Source of the DNA: Balneolaceae bacterium
GTDB taxonomy: Bacteria; Bacteroidota; Rhodothermia; Balneolales; Balneolaceae
Reading direction: 5' to 3'
Length of the DNA: 64,000 bases
Assembly (NCBI GenBank): GCA_035267805.1
Contig: DATFLI010000174.1
Location: 110 to 64,109, forward strand
Positions 9,979 through 20,476 of the stretch are shown one piece after another; position 1 is the first letter of the stretch; each line of letters opens with the position of its first letter. Position numbers and translations under genes: made by a program. The notes beneath the pieces are model-generated. The model made no database searches, was not told the DNA's origin, and saw only the letters and a program-made list of their open reading frames with translations.

Positions 9979-11937
9979 TCAATTTTCTTTTGTCAAGTGC
10001 AAAATAAATCCACCATTACTCTTCATCGAAACATTCATTTTTCCGCCGGCTAGAGTAATGGTACGGTGAGAAAATGCGAATTGAGTATCTCCATCGGAAA
10101 TGAGTTCCCCTTTCATATTCTTCGGCAAGAATGATAAATCCAGCGTTAACTTTTTAGGATGATTTTCCCCGTTAATTCCAGCGATAAACCATTGATCTCC
10201 CTTTCTTCGAGCAATTACAACCAATTTCCCGGGATATCCCTGAATAAACCTCATCTCATCCCATTTGACAGGAATCTTCTTCAGTAAATCCACAACATAA
10301 TCTGGACTTTTATCCATGCCTCGCGGTGTCTCGGCATAATGCTGAATGCCCGAAGTAAAAAGCACGGGCAGCGCCAGCTCAAAAGTACTGGTTGTCTTCC
10401 GTTTAACATGATTCAATTGTGTTAAACTCATGGGCGTAAAGTCCATTGGCCCAAAAACATTGCGGGTAAATGGTAACATGACACAGTGGGTTGCCTCGTT
10501 ATCGGCGTTTGATTGTTGAAAAGTTACGTATTCGAATCCTTTTACGGCCTCCATCGTCATTAGATTGGGCCAGGTGCGCTGCCACCCACGGGGAATAGTT
10601 GCACCATGAGTATTTACCAACAGATGATAATCGGCAGCGTCTTTAAAAATATCCCGGTAATACTGTACCATAGATTGCCCATCTCCGCCAAAAAAGTCTA
10701 CCTTAATACCTTTAATGCCCATCTTTTGGAGCTTGCTGAATTCCTGAACCCGCCCCTGATGTGTCAATAGTTTACTTTTGGGCGAATAGCTTGTGTTATT
10801 CCAACTTCCGGAGGAATTATACCACAGCAACAATCCTATATCCTTTTTAGCTGCATAATCGGCCAACCTGGCAATACGCTCATAACCAATAGTACTATCC
10901 CAGTTAACATCCACCAAAGTATATTCCCAACCCATCTTCGCCGAATAGTTAACAAAGCGTTTTTGCGTCTTATAATTTACAGAGGGATCCTTCAGCTTTG
11001 CCCAGCTCCATGAAGCTCGTCCCGGCTTGATCCATGACGTATCCATATCCACAGCGGGATCCGCCATGTCAGTCGCAAGCGTTGATTCTGTAATAGCCGC
11101 CAAATCCCCAATAGCAATAATTCGCCAGGGTGTTGACCATGGTAAGGTTGATTGCGGATACAGCGCACCGTCCGGTCTTTGCTCACCTTTCTCTGGAAAG
11201 CCTACATTACAATTGCCGCCTGAAGCATCCTGGCGCAGACGAGTGCCGCAATACGTCCCGTCCATCCCCGATTCCGATACCAGAGCCCACGTACTTCCTA
11301 CTTTAAACAGTGCCGGATATGCCCATCCCGCACTATCGGGAGCAGAGGTGCCGACTTTTACTCCTTTATAATAATCCTCCTCGTACGATGGATTGGTCTG
11401 CGCATAGCCGGTATTTACATTATCCAGCGGCTCCAGCCATGCATGCGCATCTTCCGGGAAATGATAACTTGTCTTTTCTTCTGAAATCAGATGCATTTTA
11501 TCACTCCTGTTGGGAAAGTGATACCGAAAAGCAACGCCATCATTCGAAACCCTGAAGATAATATTCATCGGGTTCCCGGTCTTATTTCGCAATTGAAAGA
11601 TCTTTTCGTTTGCATTATAGGTAATTTTACGTTGTTTGCCGTGACTCAGGGTATAATGCTCATTTACTGTTTTGGGATCTGAAACCGACTCAAGACTCAT
11701 ATTTTTGGAGAAATCAATGCCGTCACGCACCAGTCCCAGTCGGGAACTGTCAATAACTGCAGAATCCCGAAACGAAATCTTGTAATATGGCTGACTACCC
11801 TTCACCATAAAAAAATCTACTTTAATATTGTTATTCGGACTCCTAAGTGATCCCGATCCTCCCGAACAAGAAATCACCATGGGAGCGAATAATAGGCATA
11901 GTGCCCAATGAAACTTTTTCAATGCATTTATATCCAC
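9979..11937 (-). CDS. GH97 glycoside hydrolase, retaining type (alpha-galactosidase/beta-L-arabinopyranosidase-like), lipoprotein
   Basis: SYEEDY, TPWRII, WIKPGRASWSW, GIKVDFF, RTWPNLMTMEAVKGFE and LPFTRNVFGPMDFTP. Lipobox VIS-C. Confidence 0.92.
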   Translation of the reverse strand: MDINALKKFHWALCLLFAPMVISCSGGSGSLRSPNNNIKVDFFMVKGSQPYYKISFRDSAVIDSSRLGLVRDGIDFSKNMSLESVSDPKTVNEHYTLSHGKQRKITYNANEKIFQLRNKTGNPMNIIFRVSNDGVAFRYHFPNRSDKMHLISEEKTSYHFPEDAHAWLEPLDNVNTGYAQTNPSYEEDYYKGVKVGTSAPDSAGWAYPALFKVGSTWALVSESGMDGTYCGTRLRQDASGGNCNVGFPEKGEQRPDGALYPQSTLPWSTPWRIIAIGDLAAITESTLATDMADPAVDMDTSWIKPGRASWSWAKLKDPSVNYKTQKRFVNYSAKMGWEYTLVDVNWDSTIGYERIARLADYAAKKDIGLLLWYNSSGSWNNTSYSPKSKLLTHQGRVQEFSKLQKMGIKGIKVDFFGGDGQSMVQYYRDIFKDAADYHLLVNTHGATIPRGWQRTWPNLMTMEAVKGFEYVTFQQSNADNEATHCVMLPFTRNVFGPMDFTPMSLTQLNHVKRKTTSTFELALPVLFTSGIQHYAETPRGMDKSPDYVVDLLKKIPVKWDEMRFIQGYPGKLVVIARRKGDQWFIAGINGENHPKKLTLDLSFLPKNMKGELISDGDTQFAFSHRTITLAGGKMNVSMKSNGGFILHLTKEN

Positions 11938-11988
11938 TGATCGCTTAAACTTTCTTAAAAATTACTAAAAAACTACATGTTACATGTA

Positions 11989-13485
11989 CTAATCCTGTAC
12001 TTTCTTGCCCCATTCACTAATGCCTTCATCACTAAGTCCGGTAAAAACCAGACAAACCTGATTGTTCTCCCAGTCCCAACCTCGAGATATCTGGGCTTTA
12101 AATTGATTATCGGTATTTAATGTGACCGTAAGGGATTTACCATCCAGCGACCAGTTACTATTGTCATATTCTTCTATACGCCCATCGGATTTTAGGGTAA
12201 TAACCTCCGATTTATTCATCTCAAAGGTCTTATCTAAGTAGATATACTCCCATTTCCCTGTGATGTCATCCTCATTTAGTTGTTGAGATTGTGGAACATC
12301 ATCATATCGCTCTGGAGAAAGTGTCGGCCACCCGTCATTCGTCCAGAATATTTTGCGGATATGCAGATCCATCAAGTTTGGATCTTTTCCCAACCGCCCC
12401 TGACTTGCCAGGTAATAATTATCCCCATCCCTGAGAATTCCGGTATGCCCTACCCCCTGCCAACCGGAATGATTATTAAAATGATATTGGGCCGTGATCT
12501 TGGGAAAATTGTCCGTCTGTTCAGACATTTTTTGCCCTTTAAATCCATAATACGGGCCCTGCGGATGATCCGCTCGTCCTACACGAACATTATACGGCTC
12601 AAAAAGCTCATCGTAGGATACGAACAGAAAATATTTATCTAACTTGGGATTATACTGCACTTCAGCTCCTTCCAAAGGTGCACTTCCCTCACGCAAAGCA
12701 CGAGATGCAATAATATGTCCCAGATCATCGGGATCTTTACGAAAGCCGGTTTCAGGATCCAACTCTACGGCATGAATGCCATTATCCCATGATCCAAAAA
12801 TCAGCCACTGCCTCCCATTGTCCCGATCAACAACCACATCTGGATCAATACCGTTATATTCAGAATCCTGATAAGTTGGCAGCACCAGTCCCTTGTTTTT
12901 CCAAGGACCCTCCGGATCAGAACTTACCGCCAATCCCAAATAAGCTACATGCATAAAATTGTTTGCTGGAGCAGCATAATATAACCGGAATTGTTCTCCT
13001 ACTTTAATGATAAAGGGCGCCCAAATAGCATTAGGATAATAAGAAGGTTGTTTTTTACGAATAAAATCAACAATCTCCTGGGGCATATTCGAAAATACGT
13101 GGCCTATGGGCTGCCAGTGAACCAAATCTTTTGACCGGCGAATAGGTATTTTGGGATCTTTACGTGGATCATCTTCCGGCACTCCTGCCCCGCCATAATA
13201 AACATCTGTGGAATAGATATAGTAATATTCTCCATCTTTGATAATAGTGGGATCGTGGACATTATAGGTGCCCCATTTTCCAAAATTAGATATGTTGGCA
13301 ATATCAGAATAATCGTCGGGAATATGGGGATTCAACGAATCGGCATTCGTGGTATCTCCCTTATCCGGATTGGCAGGGCCCGTTTCGTGATCGGCACTTT
13401 GTACGGAATCCCGGCAGGCTACCATCAATCCCACCACCAGGAGTCCAACCACAAAACTTATATGTATTCTGATTTTTTGCTTCAT
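11989..13485 (-). CDS. GH43 endo-1,5-alpha-L-arabinanase-like lipoprotein
   Basis: Lipobox MVA-C. Catalytic motifs NVHDP, WAP, NGIDP and LEGA, plus a C-terminal domain (GWDWEN...FTGL) as in two-domain GH43 arabinanases. Confidence 0.9.
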   Translation of the reverse strand: MKQKIRIHISFVVGLLVVGLMVACRDSVQSADHETGPANPDKGDTTNADSLNPHIPDDYSDIANISNFGKWGTYNVHDPTIIKDGEYYYIYSTDVYYGGAGVPEDDPRKDPKIPIRRSKDLVHWQPIGHVFSNMPQEIVDFIRKKQPSYYPNAIWAPFIIKVGEQFRLYYAAPANNFMHVAYLGLAVSSDPEGPWKNKGLVLPTYQDSEYNGIDPDVVVDRDNGRQWLIFGSWDNGIHAVELDPETGFRKDPDDLGHIIASRALREGSAPLEGAEVQYNPKLDKYFLFVSYDELFEPYNVRVGRADHPQGPYYGFKGQKMSEQTDNFPKITAQYHFNNHSGWQGVGHTGILRDGDNYYLASQGRLGKDPNLMDLHIRKIFWTNDGWPTLSPERYDDVPQSQQLNEDDITGKWEYIYLDKTFEMNKSEVITLKSDGRIEEYDNSNWSLDGKSLTVTLNTDNQFKAQISRGWDWENNQVCLVFTGLSDEGISEWGKKVQD

Positions 13486-13515
13486 GCAATTAAATTACTG
13501 CAGCTAAATTGTTCC

Positions 13516-15120
13516 TTAATCTCCAGTCACAATTTTACCTTTGATTAAGGTAAAAGAGTGTGGAGGAAATGAGTATGTCATCTTGCTTCCATTTGCATGA
13601 AACGAATCTTTCTGCTTCGTCTGTACTTTCGTTTGATCAAAATCGTTTTTTGCCTTGATATCGGGACCGTTCACTTCATAAACCTGGAAATCACCGCTGA
13701 ATTTCCCTTTTTCTGAAATGATATCAGTCGTAATAGCTTTGTCTTTATTGCGGTTCACCACATTGAGCACGACTTCGCCATTATCCTTATGGGTAGCCGA
13801 TACATCCAGGTAAGGGACATCTTTTTGTGTTGTAGTTGATTCACCCAATCCAATAGGATAATCCTTATCCGTATTATAGGTATCGGAATCTACGTACACA
13901 TCCAGCGCGGTGCCGTGATCATTTTGGGCAAAAAGCTGAAAAGGATAATAAATAGTCTGCTTATACATATCGGTTTTATTTGTAAATATGGGGGCGATAA
14001 CATTTACCAGCTGTGCCATATTAGCCATTTTAACGATATCAGCATTCCGGATAAAAGTATTCAAAAAACCGGATACAACGAGTGCATCTTCCAAATTATA
14101 ATGCTCTTCCAAAGCACGTTCCCCATGGGCCGAATCGCCGGATCGTGCTCGATACCACACATTCCATTCGTCCCAGGCAATATAAATAGGATCCCGATCT
14201 CCGCGATGTGCACGGTGCATGGCATTGTTGATTAATCCCCGAATTAATTGTGTGCGCTCATCCAATACTTCGGGCGTGGCCATAAAATCGTAATAGTTAT
14301 TTTCCGGATTCCCGACATACATATGAATGGATAAATAATCGACGACATCTTTTAGTTCATCTAATACCTTGCGATTCCATTCCATTGGATCAGCGTCGGG
14401 ACGGAAGTTTGAAGAACCAGCTGCGATAAGCTTAATACTTGGATCGGTCAGGCGCATCATTTTGGCAGCTTCACGAGCCTTTTTACTATAATCTGTTGCA
14501 TTCAGATGACCAATCTGCCAAAAACCATCCATCTCATTCCCAAGACTCCAGTATTTGATATTCCAAGGTTGCGCATAACCATGTTTTTGTCGCAGATTAG
14601 CGTAGTGAGGTCCACTTTTTACATTCGTATATTCGACCCATTGTTGCGCTTCAGAAATGGTTCCCGTTCCCATATTAACCGTGAAATATGGTTTCACTCC
14701 GATTTTCCTGACAAACTTCATAAACTCGTTAGTGCCGAACTTGTTGGTTTCCAATCGCCCCCATGCCAATTCCATACGAGGGACACGCTTTGGACCAACT
14801 CCATCCTTCCAGTGATAATTGGAAACAAAATTACCGCCCGGATACCGGATGATAGAAACCCCCAGATCTTTAACCGCCTGCATCACGTCCTTTCGAAACC
14901 CATTTTTATCGGCAAGCGGCGAATCCGGATCGTAAATGCCACCATAAACACAACGTCCGAGATGCTCAACAAAATTGCCATAAATAAGTGAATCAACATG
15001 ACCGATAGTACGATCCACATCTATTTTAATGCGCGCATTCTGCGCAAAAACTGCTGTATTTGCGATCATCCCAAGACAAACAGTCAAAAAAGCAATAGCA
15101 AATTTCTTATATTTTTTCAT
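13516..15120 (-). CDS. GH51 alpha-L-arabinofuranosidase (AbfA type), secreted
   Basis: YGNFVEHLGRCVYGGIY, RYPGGNFVSNY, LGNEMDG, DEWNVW and MANMAQLVNVIAPI. Signal peptide present. Confidence 0.95.
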   Translation of the reverse strand: MKKYKKFAIAFLTVCLGMIANTAVFAQNARIKIDVDRTIGHVDSLIYGNFVEHLGRCVYGGIYDPDSPLADKNGFRKDVMQAVKDLGVSIIRYPGGNFVSNYHWKDGVGPKRVPRMELAWGRLETNKFGTNEFMKFVRKIGVKPYFTVNMGTGTISEAQQWVEYTNVKSGPHYANLRQKHGYAQPWNIKYWSLGNEMDGFWQIGHLNATDYSKKAREAAKMMRLTDPSIKLIAAGSSNFRPDADPMEWNRKVLDELKDVVDYLSIHMYVGNPENNYYDFMATPEVLDERTQLIRGLINNAMHRAHRGDRDPIYIAWDEWNVWYRARSGDSAHGERALEEHYNLEDALVVSGFLNTFIRNADIVKMANMAQLVNVIAPIFTNKTDMYKQTIYYPFQLFAQNDHGTALDVYVDSDTYNTDKDYPIGLGESTTTQKDVPYLDVSATHKDNGEVVLNVVNRNKDKAITTDIISEKGKFSGDFQVYEVNGPDIKAKNDFDQTKVQTKQKDSFHANGSKMTYSFPPHSFTLIKGKIVTGD

Positions 15121-15169
15121 ATTGACAGGATTATAATTAAGAATTAAATACCTTGTCTTTTTATGAATT

Positions 15170-15210
15170 AGGGTTAACTATCACTGCTAAATAGCCATGA
15201 TAGCAACCCT
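15170..15210 (-). other. Intergenic RNA stem-loop downstream of susD (arabinan locus)
   Basis: AGGGTT..CTATCA..GCTA / TAGC..TGATAG..AACCCT. Mismatches resolve as G-U pairs on the minus strand. No U-tract follows. Confidence 0.6.
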
Positions 15211-15287
15211 GTATTTTATCCAAGGAGGATTCTTTGATTAAAATTTATGGTTATATAGCCTTGGCTTATAGTCTATAATACTATCTG

Positions 15288-16826
15288 TCAGGAACCATAT
15301 CCCGGATTTTGCTTCAGCTTGGGGTTGGTATCGAGTTCGCTCTGTGGTATAGGCAAATATTCGTGGCCTTTGGAATAGCCCTTAAATTCAGAATCTCTTT
15401 GCTGTAACCAATTGAGTTTTTGAGGATCCTGTAGCCAGCCCCAACGAACGATATCGTCAAAGCGATGCTCCTCACCATTAAGCTCAAGGAAGCGTTCATG
15501 AGCAATCTGATCCTGCATTTGTTGCTGCGTTAAACCAGGCTTTGTGTTGCTTAAATCAGGTAAATTAGCTCGGTCGCGTACTTTTTGTATATAAGTGTAT
15601 GCCACAGGAGTATTACCCAAATTATTCTCGGCTTCAGCGTACATCAACAGTACATCGGCATACCGCATCAAACGAATATTGATTCCTGACTTTGCATCAA
15701 TTTCGCTGCCACCAGGCGTATCACTTTCATATTTTCTCCAGAAAATTTCCGTAGTATCCGTATAGGCCGAATCAAAGGGCACTCCGTAGACGGTTTCGCC
15801 GGGATAATCATAGAATAAAGAAGCTCGAAGTCGCGGATCCGGCTTGCCGTTAACTGTTTTCTCCTTCTTAAATTCATTGTATAACGTTCTACTGGGTTCG
15901 ATATCACCCCATCCGAAACCGGTTGGTGCATAGGTAATAGAACGTGCCTGCGTTTCTCCCCAAGCCGAAGAGGGAGGCGCTTGCCAGCCTATAATATTTC
16001 CACCAGCACTTTTCGAAAATTGGACTTCAAAGATGGACTCTTTATTATTTTCGTTCTTCACAGTAAAATTGTCCCGATATTTATCAACCAGACCATATTC
16101 TCCGGAATCGATCACTTTTTTAAATTGATCAGCTGCTTTTTTCCATTGTTCATTAAACAGATAAGCTTTCCCAAGATATGATTCTGCCGCCCCCTTTGTG
16201 GCCCGGCCAATGTTATTACCGTTATAAGATTTCGGAAGAACAGGTATCGCCGCTTTAAAATCCTTCTCAATCTGTGCCCAAACCGAATCCGGATCAGCCT
16301 GTGGAACATCATAATCCTCTTGGCCCTGGGCTGTATGGAGAACCAGCGGAATATTATGATAAAGCTTTAATAGATGGAAATAATATAGTCCCCTGAGAAA
16401 ATGGGCTTCACCTAAAAGTCTGGCTTTTAAATTCTGGTCCATTTTGATATCCGGTACGTTTTCAAGTACTTGGTTAGCCCTGAAAATGCCTTCGTAGAAG
16501 ACTTTCCACATCAGTCGAACCGGCAGCATCGTCGCCGTGAGAGAAAAATCACCGGAAGCGGTCATTACATTCCACGGGCTATCAGCTATGGTATCCTCTC
16601 CTCTCAAGTCTGGAACGGTATTTGCAAAGCGCATATAACTGCCATCAAGCTGTAGAGCACCATAAACAGCATTGGTACCTTTAATGGCATCTTCTTTGGT
16701 CTTCCAAAAGGTTTGCGTTGTCTGCTCATTAGGATTGTGCTGGTTTAACAAATTACCATCACAAGAGCTTAAGAAACCCAGGATTACTAAAACGACCACA
16801 AGTATTTTAAATGATGAAAATTTCAT
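15288..16826 (-). CDS. susD: SusD/RagB-family surface lipoprotein
   Basis: Lipobox LSS-C; GEAHFLRGLYYF, GRATKGAA, MRYADVLLMYAEA, ERFLELNGEEHRFDD and PIPQSE...QNPGY. Directly downstream of susC. Confidence 0.96.
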   Translation of the reverse strand: MKFSSFKILVVVLVILGFLSSCDGNLLNQHNPNEQTTQTFWKTKEDAIKGTNAVYGALQLDGSYMRFANTVPDLRGEDTIADSPWNVMTASGDFSLTATMLPVRLMWKVFYEGIFRANQVLENVPDIKMDQNLKARLLGEAHFLRGLYYFHLLKLYHNIPLVLHTAQGQEDYDVPQADPDSVWAQIEKDFKAAIPVLPKSYNGNNIGRATKGAAESYLGKAYLFNEQWKKAADQFKKVIDSGEYGLVDKYRDNFTVKNENNKESIFEVQFSKSAGGNIIGWQAPPSSAWGETQARSITYAPTGFGWGDIEPSRTLYNEFKKEKTVNGKPDPRLRASLFYDYPGETVYGVPFDSAYTDTTEIFWRKYESDTPGGSEIDAKSGINIRLMRYADVLLMYAEAENNLGNTPVAYTYIQKVRDRANLPDLSNTKPGLTQQQMQDQIAHERFLELNGEEHRFDDIVRWGWLQDPQKLNWLQQRDSEFKGYSKGHEYLPIPQSELDTNPKLKQNPGYGS

Positions 16827-16845
16827 GGTTTTAGGATCTTTTCGA

Positions 16846-19800
16846 TTAAAAATCTATTGACATACCGACGCTTAATGTTCGCGGCTGGGGATATGATCCC
16901 ACATCAGCCGCCCGGCTAAACAGTCCACTTTGACCACCACCTACAGGGCCATCAATAGAAGCATTAACGCTGCTGATAACCGGGCTATAACCTTTATACT
17001 TGGTAATTGTGAACACATTTTGCCCTTGCACATATATTAACAGATTTCTGATCCCAATCCTGTTGGTCAGATCTTCGGGCAGCGTATAGCTAAGTTTGAT
17101 ATTTTTCAACCGCAAATAGCTTCCATCTTCAACCCATCGCTTTGAATCCCTTCCATTATCATTAGGATCTCCATAGATAGCGCGGGGTACTGTATTCGAG
17201 TGGTTTTTCTGCGTCCAATGATGATCATATACGTATTGATCATAATTGCCATATCCATCCATCAGCTCAACCGTTTGACGAACACGGTTGACGATTTTAT
17301 TACCGTATGCTCCCTGGAAGAACATCGATAGGCTCCACTGGTTATACTGCAAATCTGCATTAAACCCATATTTATACTTGGGTATTGCGCTACCTAAATA
17401 AGTACGGTCGGCTGAAGTAATTTTACCATCACCGTTTAAATCCTTGAATCGGATATCACCAGGAGCGGTAAAGTTGGCAGCCGTTGTCTGGTCACGGGCC
17501 CCCATATCGTAATTTCCATTACTATCTAATTTTTGATTTTGATATGCATGATTGTAAACCTCATCCCAATTTTGGAAAATACCGTTAGCTACATATCCAT
17601 ATAACGCGCCAAGCGAGTGCCCAACAGCTGTTTTAGTTCCATTTCCATAAATGGGTTTGCCTCCCTGACCAAGAGAAAGCACCTTGTTCTGAAGCGTCGA
17701 GAAATTAGCCGATAAGTCATACGACAATTCCCCGGACCTATCCTGATACTCAAGTTTAAACTCAAAGCCTTTATTACGCAAAGAAGCTCCATTTACAGTA
17801 GGATTACTATTGGAACCGGTAGAAAGCGGAATAGGGACCCCTACCAATACATCTTCAGCTTTATTGTTATAATAATCAGCGTTTACATGAAACTTGTTGG
17901 AGAATAATGCCATATCAATTCCAATATCTCGCGAAATATTTGTCTCCCACTTTATATTGGGATCAACGAGATTAATTTGCGTAGCACCATTGGCCAGCTG
18001 ATTGCCAAATACATAATTTGCATTACTATTGATATAGGCACTGTAAGCATAGTTCCCGATATCCTGGTTACCTAACCGGCCATAACTGGCACGTAATTTT
18101 AGTTCATTAATAAAGTCTACGTCAGCGAAAAAGGGCTCATTACTAACCCTCCAACCAATGGATACAGAGGGAAATGTTGCATACCTGTTGCTAGGAGCAA
18201 AGCGAGATGAACCATCCCGCCGCAACGTTCCATGTACTAAATATCGGTCTTTGTAGCTGTAGTTGATTCGGCCCAAAAACGATCGTAATGTATGGCTGTT
18301 TTTTGTACCGGTTGAGGTTTGATTTTCAGTTCCGGCACTCAACACCTTGAAATAAGGCCGAGAATATCCCTCAGCATGCCCATCAATAGTATTGAATTCT
18401 GATATTTGCTGAGTATAGCCTATAAAGGCTTTGATATGATGGGAACCAAAATCCTGCTCATAGTGTAGGGTATTTTGTACAATTTGGGTGGTGGATTTGT
18501 CCCGGTTTTCATCCAGCTTGGCAATATCATTTTGATAGAAAAACCCAAGATCATAACGTGGAGTAAACCGTTTTCCACTTACCAAACTGTGATCATAACT
18601 GAACCGAACTTTATAATACAGGTTATCCAGAATATTATACTGACCGGTGACAGCGCCAAGGAATCGATTAGTATTTGTATGACTTTCCAACAAATTGTTC
18701 GCCCCTATTACATTTAGAGAAATAGCTTTTCGGATATCAGAATCTGTACCACTGTAACCGCCAAGACGCGTATCACTATAAATTGGTTGCGTAGGCAATG
18801 CATGTAGAATGTCAGTGATGGGAGAGGTAAGATGGAGGCCAGTGAGATTCGTCTTATCCCAATGAGCATAATACATCTTTTCACTAACCTTGAATTTACC
18901 AAAGGTATAATCAGAGTTTACGCGCCCCGAATAGCGAGTGTAATCCGGTCCCGGCCCTTTAATAGTATTACCTTCATTGAAATAATTTCCGGTAATGGCA
19001 AAACTACCATTTTCTCCGCCACCAGAAACGGTAAGGCTATGATTTTGGGTATTGGCCGTAGTAAAAGTTGCATCCTGCCAGTTTGTATTAATACTCGAAG
19101 GATCAACGTAGTACTGTGAATTCGGATCATTGGCGGGAGCCAGCGGCATGTTGGCATTTCTTAACTCCTCATTATCCAGCTTTTGATACTGCCTGGAATT
19201 TAACATGTTGTATCGCTGGGTAATATTCTCGAGGCCGTAATAACCATTATAGCTTACACGCACTTTTCCTTTTTGACCATTTTTGGTAGTTATCAGTACA
19301 ACACCATTTGCCGCCTGCGTTCCATATATTGCCGCAGCCGATGCATCTTTGAGGACCTGTATAGATTTGATATCATTCAAGTCAAAATCTTGAATGCCAC
19401 CGACAGGAACTCCATCAACTACATACAAAGGCTCATTATTCCCAAAAGTCGACGGCCCTCTAATCTTTACCTTTGGTGCAGAACCCGGAGTTCCACTATT
19501 CTGCACGGATACCCCTGCTACTCTCCCCTGGAGGGCATCGCCAAGCATGGGCGAAGTCGTGTTTTTTAAATTTTTGCTTTTAACCGTGCTGATCGATCCA
19601 GTTATATCCTCTTTCTGCTGCGTACCGTACCCGACTACCACCATTTGTTTGCCAGAAATAGTCTGTGGCTGCATCGTAAGATTAATCTGAGATCTTCCCT
19701 TTATCGGCACTTTTCGAGTCTGATACCCAATGAAAGAGAAAATCAGTGTATCGGTCGCAGACGGAGCTGTCAACTCGTAATGTCCTTTGGCATCAGTAGA

Positions 19801-19974
19801 AGTACCTTGAGTAGTTCCCTGCACCAAAATATTAACACCAGGAAGACCCTTATTTGTTGAAGCATCTTTAACGCTTCCGGTTACCGTATGCTGTGCCATT
19901 GCTGTCATCGAGGAAAAAGCGAGAAAAACAGCAACCAACAACACCTTTTTAAATTGTAGTAGATGTGTTTTCAT
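16846..19974 (-). CDS. susC: SusC/RagA TonB-dependent transporter (arabino-oligosaccharides)
   Basis: VVVGYGTQ, PLYVVDGVP, LKDASAAAIYG, NGVVLITTK, EDGSYLRLKN and a C-terminal Phe. Confidence 0.97.
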   Translation of the reverse strand: MKTHLLQFKKVLLVAVFLAFSSMTAMAQHTVTGSVKDASTNKGLPGVNILVQGTTQGTSTDAKGHYELTAPSATDTLIFSFIGYQTRKVPIKGRSQINLTMQPQTISGKQMVVVGYGTQQKEDITGSISTVKSKNLKNTTSPMLGDALQGRVAGVSVQNSGTPGSAPKVKIRGPSTFGNNEPLYVVDGVPVGGIQDFDLNDIKSIQVLKDASAAAIYGTQAANGVVLITTKNGQKGKVRVSYNGYYGLENITQRYNMLNSRQYQKLDNEELRNANMPLAPANDPNSQYYVDPSSINTNWQDATFTTANTQNHSLTVSGGGENGSFAITGNYFNEGNTIKGPGPDYTRYSGRVNSDYTFGKFKVSEKMYYAHWDKTNLTGLHLTSPITDILHALPTQPIYSDTRLGGYSGTDSDIRKAISLNVIGANNLLESHTNTNRFLGAVTGQYNILDNLYYKVRFSYDHSLVSGKRFTPRYDLGFFYQNDIAKLDENRDKSTTQIVQNTLHYEQDFGSHHIKAFIGYTQQISEFNTIDGHAEGYSRPYFKVLSAGTENQTSTGTKNSHTLRSFLGRINYSYKDRYLVHGTLRRDGSSRFAPSNRYATFPSVSIGWRVSNEPFFADVDFINELKLRASYGRLGNQDIGNYAYSAYINSNANYVFGNQLANGATQINLVDPNIKWETNISRDIGIDMALFSNKFHVNADYYNNKAEDVLVGVPIPLSTGSNSNPTVNGASLRNKGFEFKLEYQDRSGELSYDLSANFSTLQNKVLSLGQGGKPIYGNGTKTAVGHSLGALYGYVANGIFQNWDEVYNHAYQNQKLDSNGNYDMGARDQTTAANFTAPGDIRFKDLNGDGKITSADRTYLGSAIPKYKYGFNADLQYNQWSLSMFFQGAYGNKIVNRVRQTVELMDGYGNYDQYVYDHHWTQKNHSNTVPRAIYGDPNDNGRDSKRWVEDGSYLRLKNIKLSYTLPEDLTNRIGIRNLLIYVQGQNVFTITKYKGYSPVISSVNASIDGPVGGGQSGLFSRAADVGSYPQPRTLSVGMSIDF

Positions 19975-20049
19975 AAATTCCCAATTTGATTAGCATGCTT
20001 GCGAGTAAATGTACCCTGTTACTGGAACGAGGGTTTTACCTCTTCTTTC

Positions 20050-20070
20050 TAAGTGTATTATTAACACTTA
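20050..20070. promoter_or_regulatory. AraR operator upstream of arabinan susC
   Basis: Perfect-armed palindrome TAAGTGT-ATTATTA-ACACTTA, 76 bp upstream of the susC start. Same motif as 6356-6376. Confidence 0.85.
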
Positions 20071-20340
20071 TTATTTTTAAGCATTTTGAAAATTTTATGC
20101 AATCAGATTATAATCCCAGTCAAATCGGGTCAAAATTATCTGCAAAATATTTACTCAACCGATTAAAAAGAAGGTGGGCCGGTATATTATATTGCCCTTA
20201 TAATAGCATAAAGGCCGATTATTACGCAATTATTTCCATTTGACATTTCAACTATAATGGAAAATTATTATACTCTTTTACACTCTCCCGAGAATATTTT
20301 TTTCAAAAATTTTAGCCCCAAAAGGCAATTTCTGTGCGAA

Positions 20341-20361
20341 TAATTGTATTTATAACACTTA
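20341..20361. promoter_or_regulatory. Second, distal AraR-like operator
   Basis: TAATTGT-ATTTATA-ACACTTA, with one arm mismatch relative to the 20050 site. Confidence 0.6.
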
Positions 20362-20476
20362 TTAAAGTTGGTTAGAATCCCACCAAAACTTAGTTAGGAA
20401 AAGAACCTATTGACCTATTTTAACTCAAATTGTGCTAATATTTCAATTATCAACGGATACTATTAAGGGCATTTTT

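Noticed and set aside
19986-20243. 85-aa plus-strand ORF in the susC upstream region
   Set aside because: It has a non-ATG start, is AT-rich, overlaps the AraR operator/promoter and has no recognisable domain.
20267-20285. ATTATA-N7-ACACTC as a further AraR site
   Set aside because: The left arm lacks the GTGT core, so it is a half-site at best.
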